Part shown: in pieces, positions 1-12,687 of the stretch | Layout: each line of letters opens with the position of its first letter | Numbering within the stretch: position 1 is the first letter of the stretch | Source of the DNA: Octopus vulgaris | Lineage: Eukaryota | Length of the DNA stretch: 64,000 bases | Assembly: GCA_951406725.2 (NCBI GenBank) | Contig: OX597836.1 | Location: 5,766,001 to 5,830,000, forward strand | Direction of reading: 5' to 3' | The notes under the pieces: model-generated | Databases searched by the model: none | What the model was told of the DNA's origin: nothing | Seen by the model: only the letters and a program-made list of their open reading frames with translations | Program-made: the position numbers and the translations under genes

Positions 1-195
1 GACTCTGTTATTTTCTAGTGTAACAATATTAAAATGATAATAACAGAATCAGTACTATAGGCTAATGCAGGACCCATAAAGGCATTAAATAGCTGCTGGA
101 TTAAAATTAATCAAATGACATATTAAGTATGTCTACCTGCCGGAAATAAAAGTCAAAACTCTTATTTAACTCGCCATGTATGTCCTTTGATTAAT

Positions 196-266
<71 letters not shown>

Positions 267-296
267 TTTATAATGAATGAGGCAAGCGGGAAAACG

Positions 297-463
297 ATTT
301 GGTAAGAATTTTTATTCAATGCAACGATCACTTCGATCTATCATGCATCTGTGTCTTACGGGTGGAATATTTCACAGCTACTTGTGTTGCACCCATACCG
401 TAAGCGACTGAAGCAAGATAGGTCGAAACGATCGTTTGTGTTGAATAATGATTCTTGCTAAAT
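297..463. repeat. Imperfect palindrome with ~70-bp arms
   Basis: atttggtaagaatttttattcaatgcaacgatcacttcgatctatc pairs with gataggtcgaaacgatcgtttgtgttgaataatgattcttgctaaat. Confidence 0.72.
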
Positions 464-779
464 CATAAGTACTGAGAGAGATGGAGAGAGAGAGAGACAG
501 ATGCACACACATACGAATACGCATACATAGTTGCATGCAGAGAGATTCTTAGGTGCATATGAATGCAAACGTTACATGCAAAAACAGACGCATACAGAAG
601 CATACATACGTAAATGTATGCGTACAGTATTACGGTCATACATTCATATATGCACACGCACACACACATACATACATGCATACATACGTACGTACGTTGC
701 AAGCATGCATACCTGCACAATTTTGCATTCAGACATATATACATGCACAGTCACACGTACATACATGCATACATACATT

Positions 780-1094
780 CTAACACACATGCATACATGC
801 GATCATAAACATGTACCTACATACATGCATAGATACACACAATTTTATGCATACTCATACATGCATACATACATGCATGCATACATAGATGCATGCATAC
901 ATACATGCATACATACATACATGCATACATACATACATACATACATAACATACATACATACATACATAAATGCATGCATACATACATGCATACATACATA
1001 CATACATACATGCATGCATACATACATACATACATACATACATACATACATACATACATACATGCATGCATACATACATACATACATACATACA

Positions 1095-1158
<64 letters not shown>

Positions 1159-1240
1159 CATACATACATACATACATACATACATACATACATACATACA
1201 TACATACATACATACATACATACGTACATACATACATACA
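780..1240 (+). repeat. (CATA)n microsatellite
   Basis: Read directly from the sequence. Confidence 0.95.
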
Positions 1241-1309
1241 CTTTAACACACATGCATTCAAACACATATTTCATATTAATATTCTGCATTTTCTATGCTC
1301 TTTTCTTCT

Positions 1310-1683
1310 CTAGGCACAAGCCCCGAAATTTTGGAGGATTAGATCGTCCCCAATGCGTAACTGGTACTTAACTTATGGACCCCTAAAGAATGAAAGGCAA
1401 AGTCGAGCTCGGCGGAATTTGAACTCAGAACGTAAACACAGAAGAAATACCTATTCCTTTATTACCCACAAGGGGCTAAAAGCAGAAGGGACAAACAAGG
1501 ACAGACAAACGGATGAAGTCAATTACATCGACACCAGTGCGTAACTGGTACTTAATTTATCAACTCTGAAAGGATGAAAGGCAAAGTCAACCTCGGCGGA
1601 ATTTGAACTCAGAACGAAAAGGCGTACGAAATACTGCTAAGCATTTCGTCCCATGTGCTAACGTTTCTGCCAGCTCGCCGCCT
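1310..1683 (-). mobile_element. Two tandem or nested SINE family C copies
   Basis: 1450-1683 is a long-tail copy matching 13579-13810. 1310-1450 is a partial short-tail copy. Confidence 0.8.
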
Positions 1684-1864
1684 TCTCCATCTTCTATGAT
1701 GTTGATAGAATGGTAAAGGCTTGGGAAAGGTTTAGGAAAGGTTTGGGAATAAGAGAAACGCTAGCTGAAGAGCTGAAAACGTAAGGAGAGATGGTTATGA
1801 ATCTGAGTATGTGATGCTTTTAGTGTGTGGCGGGAAAGGTTAGCGGCAGATCGAGACACTGATT

Positions 1865-2640
1865 GTCAGTCAGAGAGAGAGAGAGGAATAGGAGGAGAGT
1901 GGAAATAAAACAAAGAATGGGAGAAGGAGAGAGATGATAACGAGAGAGAAGGAAACAGGGGGTGGAGAAAGGTTGCGAATGTGAGCCTGAGAGGTTTAGG
2001 TTGAAAGAGAATAAGTGTGCATTGAAGAGAATGAATTGGTGTGATATATATAGGGAGATATATATAGAGAGGGAAATATAGAGGGAGAGAGATTGTGAAA
2101 GTAAGAGAGTAAGAGCAAGAAGGAGAGAGCGAGTGTGTGTATATGTGTATGTGAGAGAAAGAGAGAGAAAGAGGGAAATGTATAGAGATAGGCAGATGTA
2201 TAGTGAGAATGTCTGTAATGTATCCCAGGAGAAAGAATAAGAGAGCAGCGGGAGAAAGAGAGAGAAAGAGAGACAGAGACAAAGAGGAGGCGTCTGAAAG
2301 AGATAGAGGTAGGGAGAGAGAGATAGTGAGAGAGAGAGAGAAATAAAAATAAGGCGTTAGCGAAGGTGTAAAAGAGAGTGGAGGGAAAGGTGGGAGTGAA
2401 GAGGCGATCGAGAGAAAAAGAGAAACAAAGATAAGAGAAAGAGTGAACGAGAGAACTGTAGCAAGAAAGAGAATACGTAAGAGAGAGGGAGAGAGAGGGA
2501 GAGAGAAAATGGGAGAGAAAGATAAAGAAAGAGTAGAGAGATAGTGAATAAAGAGAAAGATTGGGAGAGACAGAGAGGGGGAGAGTTAGGGAAAGAGGGA
2601 GAAGAAGAAGAAGGTGTAGATTTGACAGAGGAGAGAATTC
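1865..2640 (+). repeat. Polypurine (GA-rich) low-complexity tract
   Basis: Read directly. Comparable CT-rich tracts lie at 32080-32700, 45490-46010 and 57630-57900. Confidence 0.9.
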
Positions 2641-2679
2641 TGGGAATAGTTTCATCAAATAATTTTCCAACTGTAGGAT

Positions 2680-3060
2680 GGTGTCACAGGGAATTAGACC
2701 AAAACTAACATTAACCTTTTCGCTAAGAAATGAGGTGGGGGAGAAAAATCAAAATGGCGTTATTTCAGCAATTGCTGTCGTCTGCTATATTTGGTCAAAA
2801 AGTAATCGACGAATCTTGGCGTTTTTCCTGCAGACATGTTTGAAAGAAGAGATTTTCGCACCGAACTTCTCGGTGGTTTCGCCGTAATAAATACATTGTG
2901 TTAGTGTGTAGCGCGTCGCACTAATGGCATGGTTTTATATTATAGAAATTGTCGTTTATTTCGGGGAACAGAACGTGAATGCCGGCGGAGAATGTACACG
3001 TATTTGTACATATATAGGCAAATATATATATATGTATATCTGTATGTATGAGTGTGCGAA

Positions 3061-3102
<42 letters not shown>

Positions 3103-3104
3103 TA

Positions 3105-3159
<55 letters not shown>

Positions 3160-3249
3160 GTATATGTTTGTACGTATATGTACCTATAGATGCATATAGA
3201 AACATTAATGCACACACATACAAAGACACATATATAAATATACAGATAA

Positions 3250-3297
<48 letters not shown>

Positions 3298-4110
3298 ATA
3301 TAGATACATAAACACATGTATGTTTGTATGTATATATATGCACATATATATATATATATCTCACTCTCTCTGTCTCTTTCTGACTTTATGTCTGTCTGTC
3401 TGTCTCGCTCTCTCTCTCTCTCTCTCTCTCCCTATATAATGAATTATTTACACATATGACTATGCATAAGCATATATGCACTCAAATACATATATACACA
3501 AACACACACATATATATACATATAAATGAATATATATATATATGTACATGTGCGTGTATGTCTGCATGTGCATGTATGCGTGTGCGTAAATATATATGCA
3601 TGCACACATAAAAGTACACACATAACTCACACGTACACATATTCTCACCCGTAGACACACGGTTATTTGTTTAGGGTGTTCCGATTGTGTTATTGCACGT
3701 TTGTAAGAAGACCGCGTATTAGTGCATGAGCATGCGCATGCGCACGCGTATGCGTTTGTACGCTTGTAGCTAGGTTGTTCCCATAAAAAGAATGTGGCAT
3801 TGTGTAATGTATAGGGATTACGACAACATGCAGGTGTACGCCCGTGTATATGCGTGTGTCTGCGCATGCGTGCGTGTATGTGTGAACGTGGAAGTTTAAT
3901 AGGGGATTTGTGCAAAGTTCGCCATTGTGTAGACTACGCCCGCACGCATGCGCACATTCAGGCATGCGTGGATTTCTATGATGTGTTTGATGTGATTGCC
4001 TTTGGGCATAGACGAAGGTACGACAATCTGTGATGTACGAGTGTGTGTACGTTCGTATGTTTTCGTGTGTACGTTCGTATGTTTTCGTCGTAGCCGGAAT
4101 ATGAACCGAT
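2680..4110. promoter_or_regulatory. Candidate promoter/enhancer region with YY1-like and NRF1-like motifs
   Basis: CAAAATGGCG at 2750-2759. TGCGCATGCGCA at 3733-3744, with near-matches at 3861-3872 and 3943-3954. The unique sequence here is locally CpG-rich. Confidence 0.3.
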
Positions 4111-4254
4111 TTGTTAACGTATGAATATGCGTTTGTATATGGGTCTCTGACTAGGTGTGCATGGGTGCATGCATGTATGATTGTATTTATGAGTGCATGT
4201 GTAATGTGTATGTAGTAACCTATGTGTGCATGTAAAATGTATATATATATATAT

Positions 4255-4300
<46 letters not shown>

Positions 4301-4335
4301 TATATACATACATATATAATAGAAGAATATAACTG

Positions 4336-4394
<59 letters not shown>

Positions 4395-4641
4395 GTATAT
4401 CTCTTCCTCTCTTATCTGTATACATATATGTGTGATAGATATATAGCTAGCAAACTAGCTAGATAGATAGATAGATAGATAGATATAGATGAATTTAGCT
4501 ATTCGTTACACCAGCATGTATCTATACAAGATATACGTATATCAACCTGTCCATCTATCTATTTATATGTGTGTGCGTAGTGTGTATACATATATATGTA
4601 TATACATGCATACGTACATGATGCATACATACATACATACA

Positions 4642-4677
<36 letters not shown>

Positions 4678-4722
4678 TTTTTTTTCTCTGTCCCCCCTTC
4701 TCGGGATCTTTCTTTCTCCTAT

Positions 4723-4757
4723 GTTTCCGACGAAGAGCTCCGCTCGAAACGTCAAAC
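4723..4757 (+). ncRNA. Minimal hammerhead-like motif with variant core CCGACGA
   Basis: gttt-CCGACGA-a-gagc-tcc-gctc-GAAA-cg-TC-aaac. Homologous copies lie at 14138-14173 and 61771-61804. Confidence 0.5.
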
Positions 4758-4849
4758 CCTCCTTCTTCCCTTCTTCCCCGAGCGGCCAATAATACTTTAT
4801 TTGTTCCACGTCCTTGCGTTGTTGTCTTTTTGTTTTCTTGTTTGGATTA

Positions 4850-4915
<66 letters not shown>

Positions 4916-5189
4916 CATATATACATACATAGGGATATATACATACAAAGCTTGTTGTGCTTGTTTTAATTGTTATTAAATACAGAATATCGTCCAACTA
5001 CCTATGAGAAGAGAATACAAGATTTTAAATAACGTTTGACCTGAGATGATGTTCAACATGATTAGGATGAAACGCATTCTAATTCTATATATTCTCCACA
5101 AACACGGAATATGTGCTAAACATCAAAAAGCACTTAGTAAATGCATGCAAACCGTCTTGGTCGTCCATTGGAAAGGCAGACGATACTGA

Positions 5190-6295
5190 AGTAACGTTGA
5201 AGGCACAGGAATGACGGCGCAAGCGTGAAAATGACGTTAAGAATAAAGAAACGAGAAGGGAATGACGTTCAAATGACGTTGAATTAATATAAATTATGTT
5301 GAAGTTGTAGAGATAGAAGTGGTGACAAAGAAGACACATACAAGGTGCAACGCTGAAGACATAGAAATTATGATGCGGAAGTGGATGAGAAAGAAAGTGA
5401 ATAGATTGAAAGTATTTTGGTGTCGTAAAAATAGGAGAGAAGACAAAGAAATAATGTTGAATATCGAAATTCCATGGAAGACCGAAAATATGATAATAAC
5501 TTAGAAGTTAGAAATTATGTTAACCATATAGATATGATGTCGTAGCCATAAATTATGCTAATGAAGATATGACGTTGATGACGAAATATGTTAATGTCAG
5601 AGAAATGTCGTACATAATTTCTTTTATTCTTTTTTTAATATAACGTCCATGTCTTTTTTTTAACGTTATTCCTCTGTTATTTGCATATTTGTTTTTTGTT
5701 TCCAGTTTTATTTGTATTTCATTAGCATAATTACTCTCTTCACCGTAATTGCTCTGCTAATACCATAATTTATGTCGACGTCATCATATCTATATCGCGC
5801 GCTTATTCTGTATCTTGCGGCAATGTCATCTCTTTATCAATAACTTAATTTTTGGGGAAACAACGTCATTGCAACTTCATTAGCATAATTTATGTCTTCA
5901 TCGATAGTTCTCTGACATTAACATATTTCGTCATCAATGTCATATCTTCATTAGCATAATTTATGTCTAGTAAGTTATTATATTAATAACGTAGAAATAA
6001 CGCTAATAATACTAACGGTACAGATATGATGTCATAGGCATAAATTATGGAAATACTATACAAATGACGTTGTCTGCAAAAGAATGTTGTTAATGATAAA
6101 ATGATGAGACTATAAAGAGATACAGGTGAGATATAGATGTGATGACGTCAACATTAATTATGGTATTAGCATAAATTATGGTATTAGCGTTTAAGGGAGT
6201 AATTATTTTCATGGAATACAAATAAAACTGAAAACAAGATTATGATAACATAGGAATAACGCTAAAAAAACAGACATGGTCGTTATACTGAAAAA
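5190..6295. repeat. Second, more degenerate block of the same minisatellite, containing an internal inversion
   Basis: Same tgacg...aaattatgctaat units. The 5630-5970 segment is in reverse orientation. Confidence 0.7.
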
Positions 6296-6356
6296 CAGGG
6301 ATCTTTTCGGTTTGAACGGCAGTTTTTAACATAATTTCTAGGTAACACATTACGTG

Positions 6357-6389
<33 letters not shown>

Positions 6390-6867
6390 ATCTGTTTGCG
6401 GTTATAATTATAAAACTCAAATCATTTTCAAAATTCTGAATATTAAAAGGAAAATGAAAGACTAATTAAACGGTCAAAGTAAAATGTGTTTAATAATTTT
6501 ATTGACCTGACGTTGTCGAATATTCAAGGTTATTGAAGTGAAGCGCACTCGACTGTATGGATACTTCTTCAAGGCTGACTCGGAACTTATCAACAAAAAA
6601 GGCGCAGCAGTTACATACAAATCATTTAAGGCAGTCCCGACGGACGCAGGAGATTCACAAATGGCGTTTGCAGGCATGGAAGTCACTATGGAGACGTAAG
6701 AAAAAATGACGCTGACGTTACATGACGTTATTTTGGTGACGTAGAGTGACGCAGAAACAAGATGACGTTTAGACCTGGATGTTACGTTGCAGAAGCAAGG
6801 ATTTCGTCGACGGTAAAGAAAAAACGGTGTAGGTAGGTAGATAGATAGATAGATAGATAGATAGATG

Positions 6868-6945
<78 letters not shown>

Positions 6946-7039
6946 GGCATGGAAATGAGACGGAAGGCGTAGAAATAATGTTGAATATAAGAATATAAGA
7001 ATATCGTGAATATAAGAATATCGTGAATATAAGAATATA

Positions 7040-8110
7040 AGACACAAATTATGCTTATGATATAAAAATGCCGCTGAAGGCAGATGTCATGCCAAGCATG
7101 TAGATATGACATCGCAGACATAAATTATGCTAATGGCATAGAAATGACGTTGAAAGCAGATATTATGTTAATAAGGTAAAATTAATGGTGCAGATATGAT
7201 GTCATAGTCATAAATTATGCAAATAACACACAAATGACTTGAACGACAGAAGTTGTGCTATTCATAGGGAAATGACGTCACATATATTAATTATGAATAA
7301 GATATAGAAATCACGTTGAAGGCTGAAATTATGCTTATGACTTAGAAATGACACAGAAATTATGCTAATCGTAGATATGACGTCATAAATATTAATTATG
7401 CTAATGATATGTACATGACGTCATAGACATAAATTATGAAAATGTTATTGAGATGACGTTGGAAAGAGGAATTATATTAATGACATGAAAACGACGCTAG
7501 AGACAGATTATGCTTAACATAATAATATGACGTCATAGACATAAATTATGCAAATGAAATAGAAATGACGTTGAAGGCAGAAATTATCTTAATGACATAA
7601 AAAATGATGCTGAAGACAGAAATTATGCTAATGATACGTATATGACGTCATAGACATAAATTATGCAAATGATACAGATGTGACGTTGGAATCAGAATTT
7701 ACGTTCAAGACGTATGAATGACGCTAAAAACAAAACGTAATGCAAATAATAATGAATAGCGTTGAAAATTGAAATTATGTTAATTTCATAGAAATGACGT
7801 CGAGGATGGATTTATGCAAATGAGATAGAAAAATTCCTGAAGACAGGAATTATATAAATGAGGTAGAAATAAAGTTGCAAAGAGAATTAATTACGTTAAT
7901 GATAGAAACATAACATCGAAAAGACGAATTATGCTAATAGCAGAGATGTGACGTTAGAAGCAGCATAAACTATAATAATGATGTAAAAAATGACGTTGGC
8001 GACGGAAATTATGCAAATGATATAGCTATGACGTCATAGACATAAATTATGTCAATGACTTAGAAATTACGTTGGAAACAGATATTATGCAAATGACATT
8101 AAAACAACGT
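7040..8110 (+). repeat. Degenerate ~38-bp minisatellite with ~112-115-bp higher-order spacing
   Basis: Unit is approximately tgacgtcatagacataaattatgcaaatgatatagaaa. TGACGTCA occurs at 7273, 7378, 7416, 7528, 7643 and 8029. Confidence 0.8.
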
Positions 8111-8275
8111 AGACATGTGTATACATACACAAGTATATACATATATACACGCCCGCGCGAGCACACACACACACATAAGAATACATACATACGTACATAC
8201 ATGCATATATATATTCATATATATATATATGTATATATATGTATATATGTGTATATGTATATATGTATATATGTT

Positions 8276-8348
<73 letters not shown>

Positions 8349-8370
8349 ATATATACATATACATATACAC

Positions 8371-8430
<60 letters not shown>

Positions 8431-9059
8431 TATTGTAGTTCGCTTGAAGCATTGTGTATTGTATGTAAAGAACAAAAAGTTTTGAATGGTACAACAATGC
8501 ACTATAATACAAACAATAGGCTATATACCTGTTGTAATTTAATCATCTATATAAGATTATGGATGACTAATAGCTCATTGTCTGTATTATAGTGCATTGT
8601 TGTATCATTAAAAACTTTTATTCTTCACATATATATATATATACGTGCGTGTGTTTGATATGTATCAGATTAAAAAGCACTCAAAATGTTCAGACTGCAC
8701 ACTGGAACGAAGGAGGGAAATATAAGCTATAACATACTCAGATTATTCTACAAGGACTTTTCATAAACTTGGCAATTGTGTCTTTCACTGACAACTAATT
8801 CGAATGCCAAAGCAAACATTTCCCCCATTGCCATCAAAATACAGCCCCAGGCTGGGCAGGGGTCGGGGAAACTTTATAACCAACTACCGCAAAATATTTC
8901 TATCTGCGCCGACGTTACTCCTTTGATTTGAAAGGAAGAAAACCATAGGTTCTTTCAATCCAAAAGGGTTATTGAACCTATTTGTATGGAGAATACAATT
9001 ATAAATATAAAAAGCAGAAAACAAATGCGATAAAATATATCTACTTGTAAAAGTAACAT

Positions 9060-9342
9060 TCACTGCGGTCATGCTGCAGCACCGTCTTGATGAGGTTTTA
9101 GTCGAACAAATGGACTTCAGGATATATTTTACAAGCCCATTACTTATCCTATCGGTCACTTTTCACGAACCGCTATATATATAGGGTGGGCTTCTTTCAG
9201 TTTCCCTTTACCAAATCCGCTCACAAGGCTTTGGTTGGCCTGAGGCTAGAATAAGAGATACTTGTCCAATGTACCACGCAGTGGGACTGAACCCAAATCT
9301 ATGTGGCTGGGAAGCAATCTTCTTACCACACAGCCACACCTG
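9060..9342 (-). mobile_element. Diverged SINE family B with an internal deletion
   Basis: Reverse-complement match to both the head/body and the 3' module. Confidence 0.72.
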
Positions 9343-9437
9343 TATGTATGTACGTGCATCATACATACATGTACGAATATTAAATTTACCCCCACTGTAT
9401 ATGTGTCTGTGTGTGTGTGTGCATGTGTGTGTGTGTC

Positions 9438-9694
9438 GAGGTGCAATGGCCCAGTGGTTATGACAGCGGACACGTGGTCGAGCATCGAGACCGGACGTTG
9501 TGTGTGTTTATTGAGCGAAAACACCTAAAGCTCTACGAGGTTCCGGCAGGGGGTGGTGGCAACCCCTGCTGTGCTCTTTCGTCCCAACTTTCTTTCTGCG
9601 ATGGACTGGCGTCCCGTCCAGCTGGGGGGAACACATACGCCATCGAAACCAGGAAACCAGGCCCATGAGCCTGGCTAGGCTTGAAAAGGGCGCA
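9438..9694 (+). mobile_element. SINE family A head with alternative tail (type 2)
   Basis: Same head as the 9729 copy, followed by gcgatggactggcgtcccgtccagctgg...cctggctaggcttgaaaaggg. Confidence 0.8.
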
Positions 9695-9728
9695 TATATA
9701 TATATACATGACTATATATATATACGTG

Positions 9729-10105
9729 GAGGTGCAATGGCCCAGTGGTTAGGGCAGCGGACTCGCGGTCATAGGATCGCGGTTTCGATTCCCAGACCGG
9801 GCGTTGTGAGTGTTTATTGAGCGAAAACACCTAAAGCTCCACGAGGCTCCGGCAGGGATGGTGGTGATCCCTGCTGTACTCTTTCACCACAACTTTCTCT
9901 CACACTTACTTCCTGTTTCTGTTGTACCTGTATTTCAAAGGGCCGGCCTTGTCACTCTCTGTGTCACGCTGAATATCCCCGAGAACTACGTTAAGGGTGC
10001 ACGTGTCTGTGGAGTGCTCAGCCACTTACACGTTAATTTCACGAGCAGGCTGTTCCGTTGATTCGGATCAACCGGAACCCTCATCGTCGTTATCGGCGGA
10101 GTGCT
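9729..10105 (+). mobile_element. tRNA-derived SINE, family A, tail type 1
   Basis: A-box tggcccagtgg and B-box ggtttcgattccc in a tRNA-Arg-like head. Nearly identical to the copy at 44027-44415. Confidence 0.85.
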
Positions 10106-11034
10106 TAAGGATATATATACATATAAATACACATATGTGGTGGGGATGGGTGTGAAAGAGACAAAAAGAGAGTGAGAGGATGTGTGTGTGTGTGTGTGTA
10201 GCTATGTACTACACTTCACAGCATCATTATACGTTGGTCACTTTGTTATTTCTCGAATTGATATTCAGTGAGAATTCTTAGCACTTTTCATATGATAAAC
10301 AAAACAGATTTCATGAAGAAAATAAGATATATATACGAAAAAAACAAAGCTCAGACCATTTATTGTATGTTACAAGGGGTATCACTCGTTACATAATTAT
10401 ATTAGTAAGGGTGATATATTTCCCCAGAGTAATTAGAAATATAGATTGGGACAATAAAAACAAAAGCAGTTTATTCCAATCTATCTGTAAATATTTGCTG
10501 CTGTTATGCTAAGTTTACAAAGGTTAAATATGAACACAACGGAGGAGAATAAATAGTTGTATTATGTGAAGGAAAACAATTCTGTATGTAAAGCTATAAA
10601 ATTGTGTTGTGATTAAGTATTGATGCATTTAATCAATGGGTGAAGTGATATTCCAGTTTCTGGCTCGATAATTACAGAAGTCGTTGCAAATGAGCATTGC
10701 TTCGGATTTCCGTGAAACTACATAAAAACGACTACGTAACTTTGTGCTGCATTTGTATAGCCTTTCTAAATCACTCTCTCTCTCTTTCTCTCTCTTTCTC
10801 TTTCTCTCTCACTCACACACACACACTCTCTCTCTCTCTCATATGTAACATATGTATTTGCTTGTGCACATACACATATATATATACGTATGTATATACA
10901 CATATACACACCTATACATGTATATATTTACATATAAGTATGTGTATATATGTATATACATGCATACATACAACATGCGGACACACAAACACACACATAC
11001 ATGGCCAAGATCAAGTTCTAATATCTACTCTTAA

Positions 11035-11109
<75 letters not shown>

Positions 11110-11317
11110 TACATATATAACCCACCATATAATATATATCATATATATGTGTTAAAAATTGTCAAACAATCAGTTCATCTATTGCATTATATGTAAAGGT
11201 AATAATATTACTAAATTAATACTACAAAATTAGTGGAGAAATATACTTAAATCAGTAAAACATCAACTATCGATGATACTCAATCCATACTTTAATACAC
11301 CATTACATAGTAAAGCA

Positions 11318-11975
11318 ATACATAAAATGAAATGAGATATACATAATAGTAAAAGATAAAGAGATATAGTAAAATTTTCAAATATGATATGCAAATAAAT
11401 CAAAACTGACAGTGTCAGTGAGGACAGTCATACCTCATTTAACCTATAAGTAAAGGAGGTATAAATGAGCATTAAAGATGCACGCCTCTTCAGAGAATAA
11501 ATTAAATTTGTTATAATAGTGAAAAATATTATACAATCATATACATATAAATATAAAAATATAAAAATGTAAAATATAAAAACTTATACATCATAATGTA
11601 CATATATAATATAATACACATTTGTATGAACAAAATAAAACAAAATATATAATAGTGTATATATTAATATCAATAAGTAAGTACTTATTGATATTAATAT
11701 ACATATTATATATTTTGTTTTATTTTGTATATATATATATTATATAAGTGTAGCATATATAATATATTTTACATTTTTATATTTTATATTTATATGTATA
11801 TATATAATATTTTCATATTAACAAATAATTTAATTCTCTGAAGACCTGGGATCAAGCCTCATTATACCTCTATCTTGTATAGTATGACTTCTACTGCAAA
11901 ACTGTCAGTTTTTGCATATCATATAAATACTTATATCTCTTTATCTTACTATTACTACTCATTTCATTTATGTAT
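11318..11975. repeat. Large imperfect palindrome centred near 11680
   Basis: The centre reads atattaatatcaataagta-ag-tacttattgatattaatat. Arms align outward for ~300 bp with many small indels. Confidence 0.8.
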
Positions 11976-12156
11976 ATATATTTTTAATATATATATACAT
12001 ATATATATATGTATATATATACATATATATATGTTTGTATATATATACATGCATACATACACACATGCACACACAAACACACACACATATATTTATATAT
12101 ACTTAAACATATACACTGGCGCATATATCTACATCTGTATCTATGAATCAATCAAT

Positions 12157-12219
<63 letters not shown>

Positions 12220-12687
12220 AAATCTATTTCGTAAATATAAATAGTAATATTGGTATGGATATCTCCCATTCAAAAGATGGTTATACATATGCAAACATTA
12301 TTAAAGTGGTCATTCGCCTTTCCTGAGACTAAGTCTGAAAAATAATACGCTCAATACTTGGGATATGGCTACGTATTCCTCGGACACAATTCGCATTTTA
12401 GTCAATTTTATAAACTCATAACGCACACACAAAGAAAGGAAGGGATATGGATCTGCAAAACCATGAGTTGTATGGTGACCATTAGTTTATCGAAATTTCT
12501 TTTTGGTTTCAATATGGGATTAATTAACTCACGAGAATTTATAAACTCCTTTTATCGTACATTGTGCAACTTTTGTGATCTGTACTTGTCGCAAACCTGT
12601 TCGAAACTTACTAACTTCCTACATTTTGATCCCGAAACTTACTTATATACATATATACATGCACATGTGTGTGCGTGCTTGTATGTG

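Noticed and set aside
7040-8110. Possible CRISPR-like array
   Set aside because: Units are degenerate tandem copies without unique spacers, the context is eukaryotic, and there are no cas genes.
8859-8876. caggggtcggggaacttt resembling a hAT/Charlie terminal inverted repeat
   Set aside because: I found no matching opposite end or 8-bp TSD.
9729-9800. tRNA genes at SINE heads
   Set aside because: A and B boxes are present but there is no complete cloverleaf or acceptor stem, and each continues into a SINE body.
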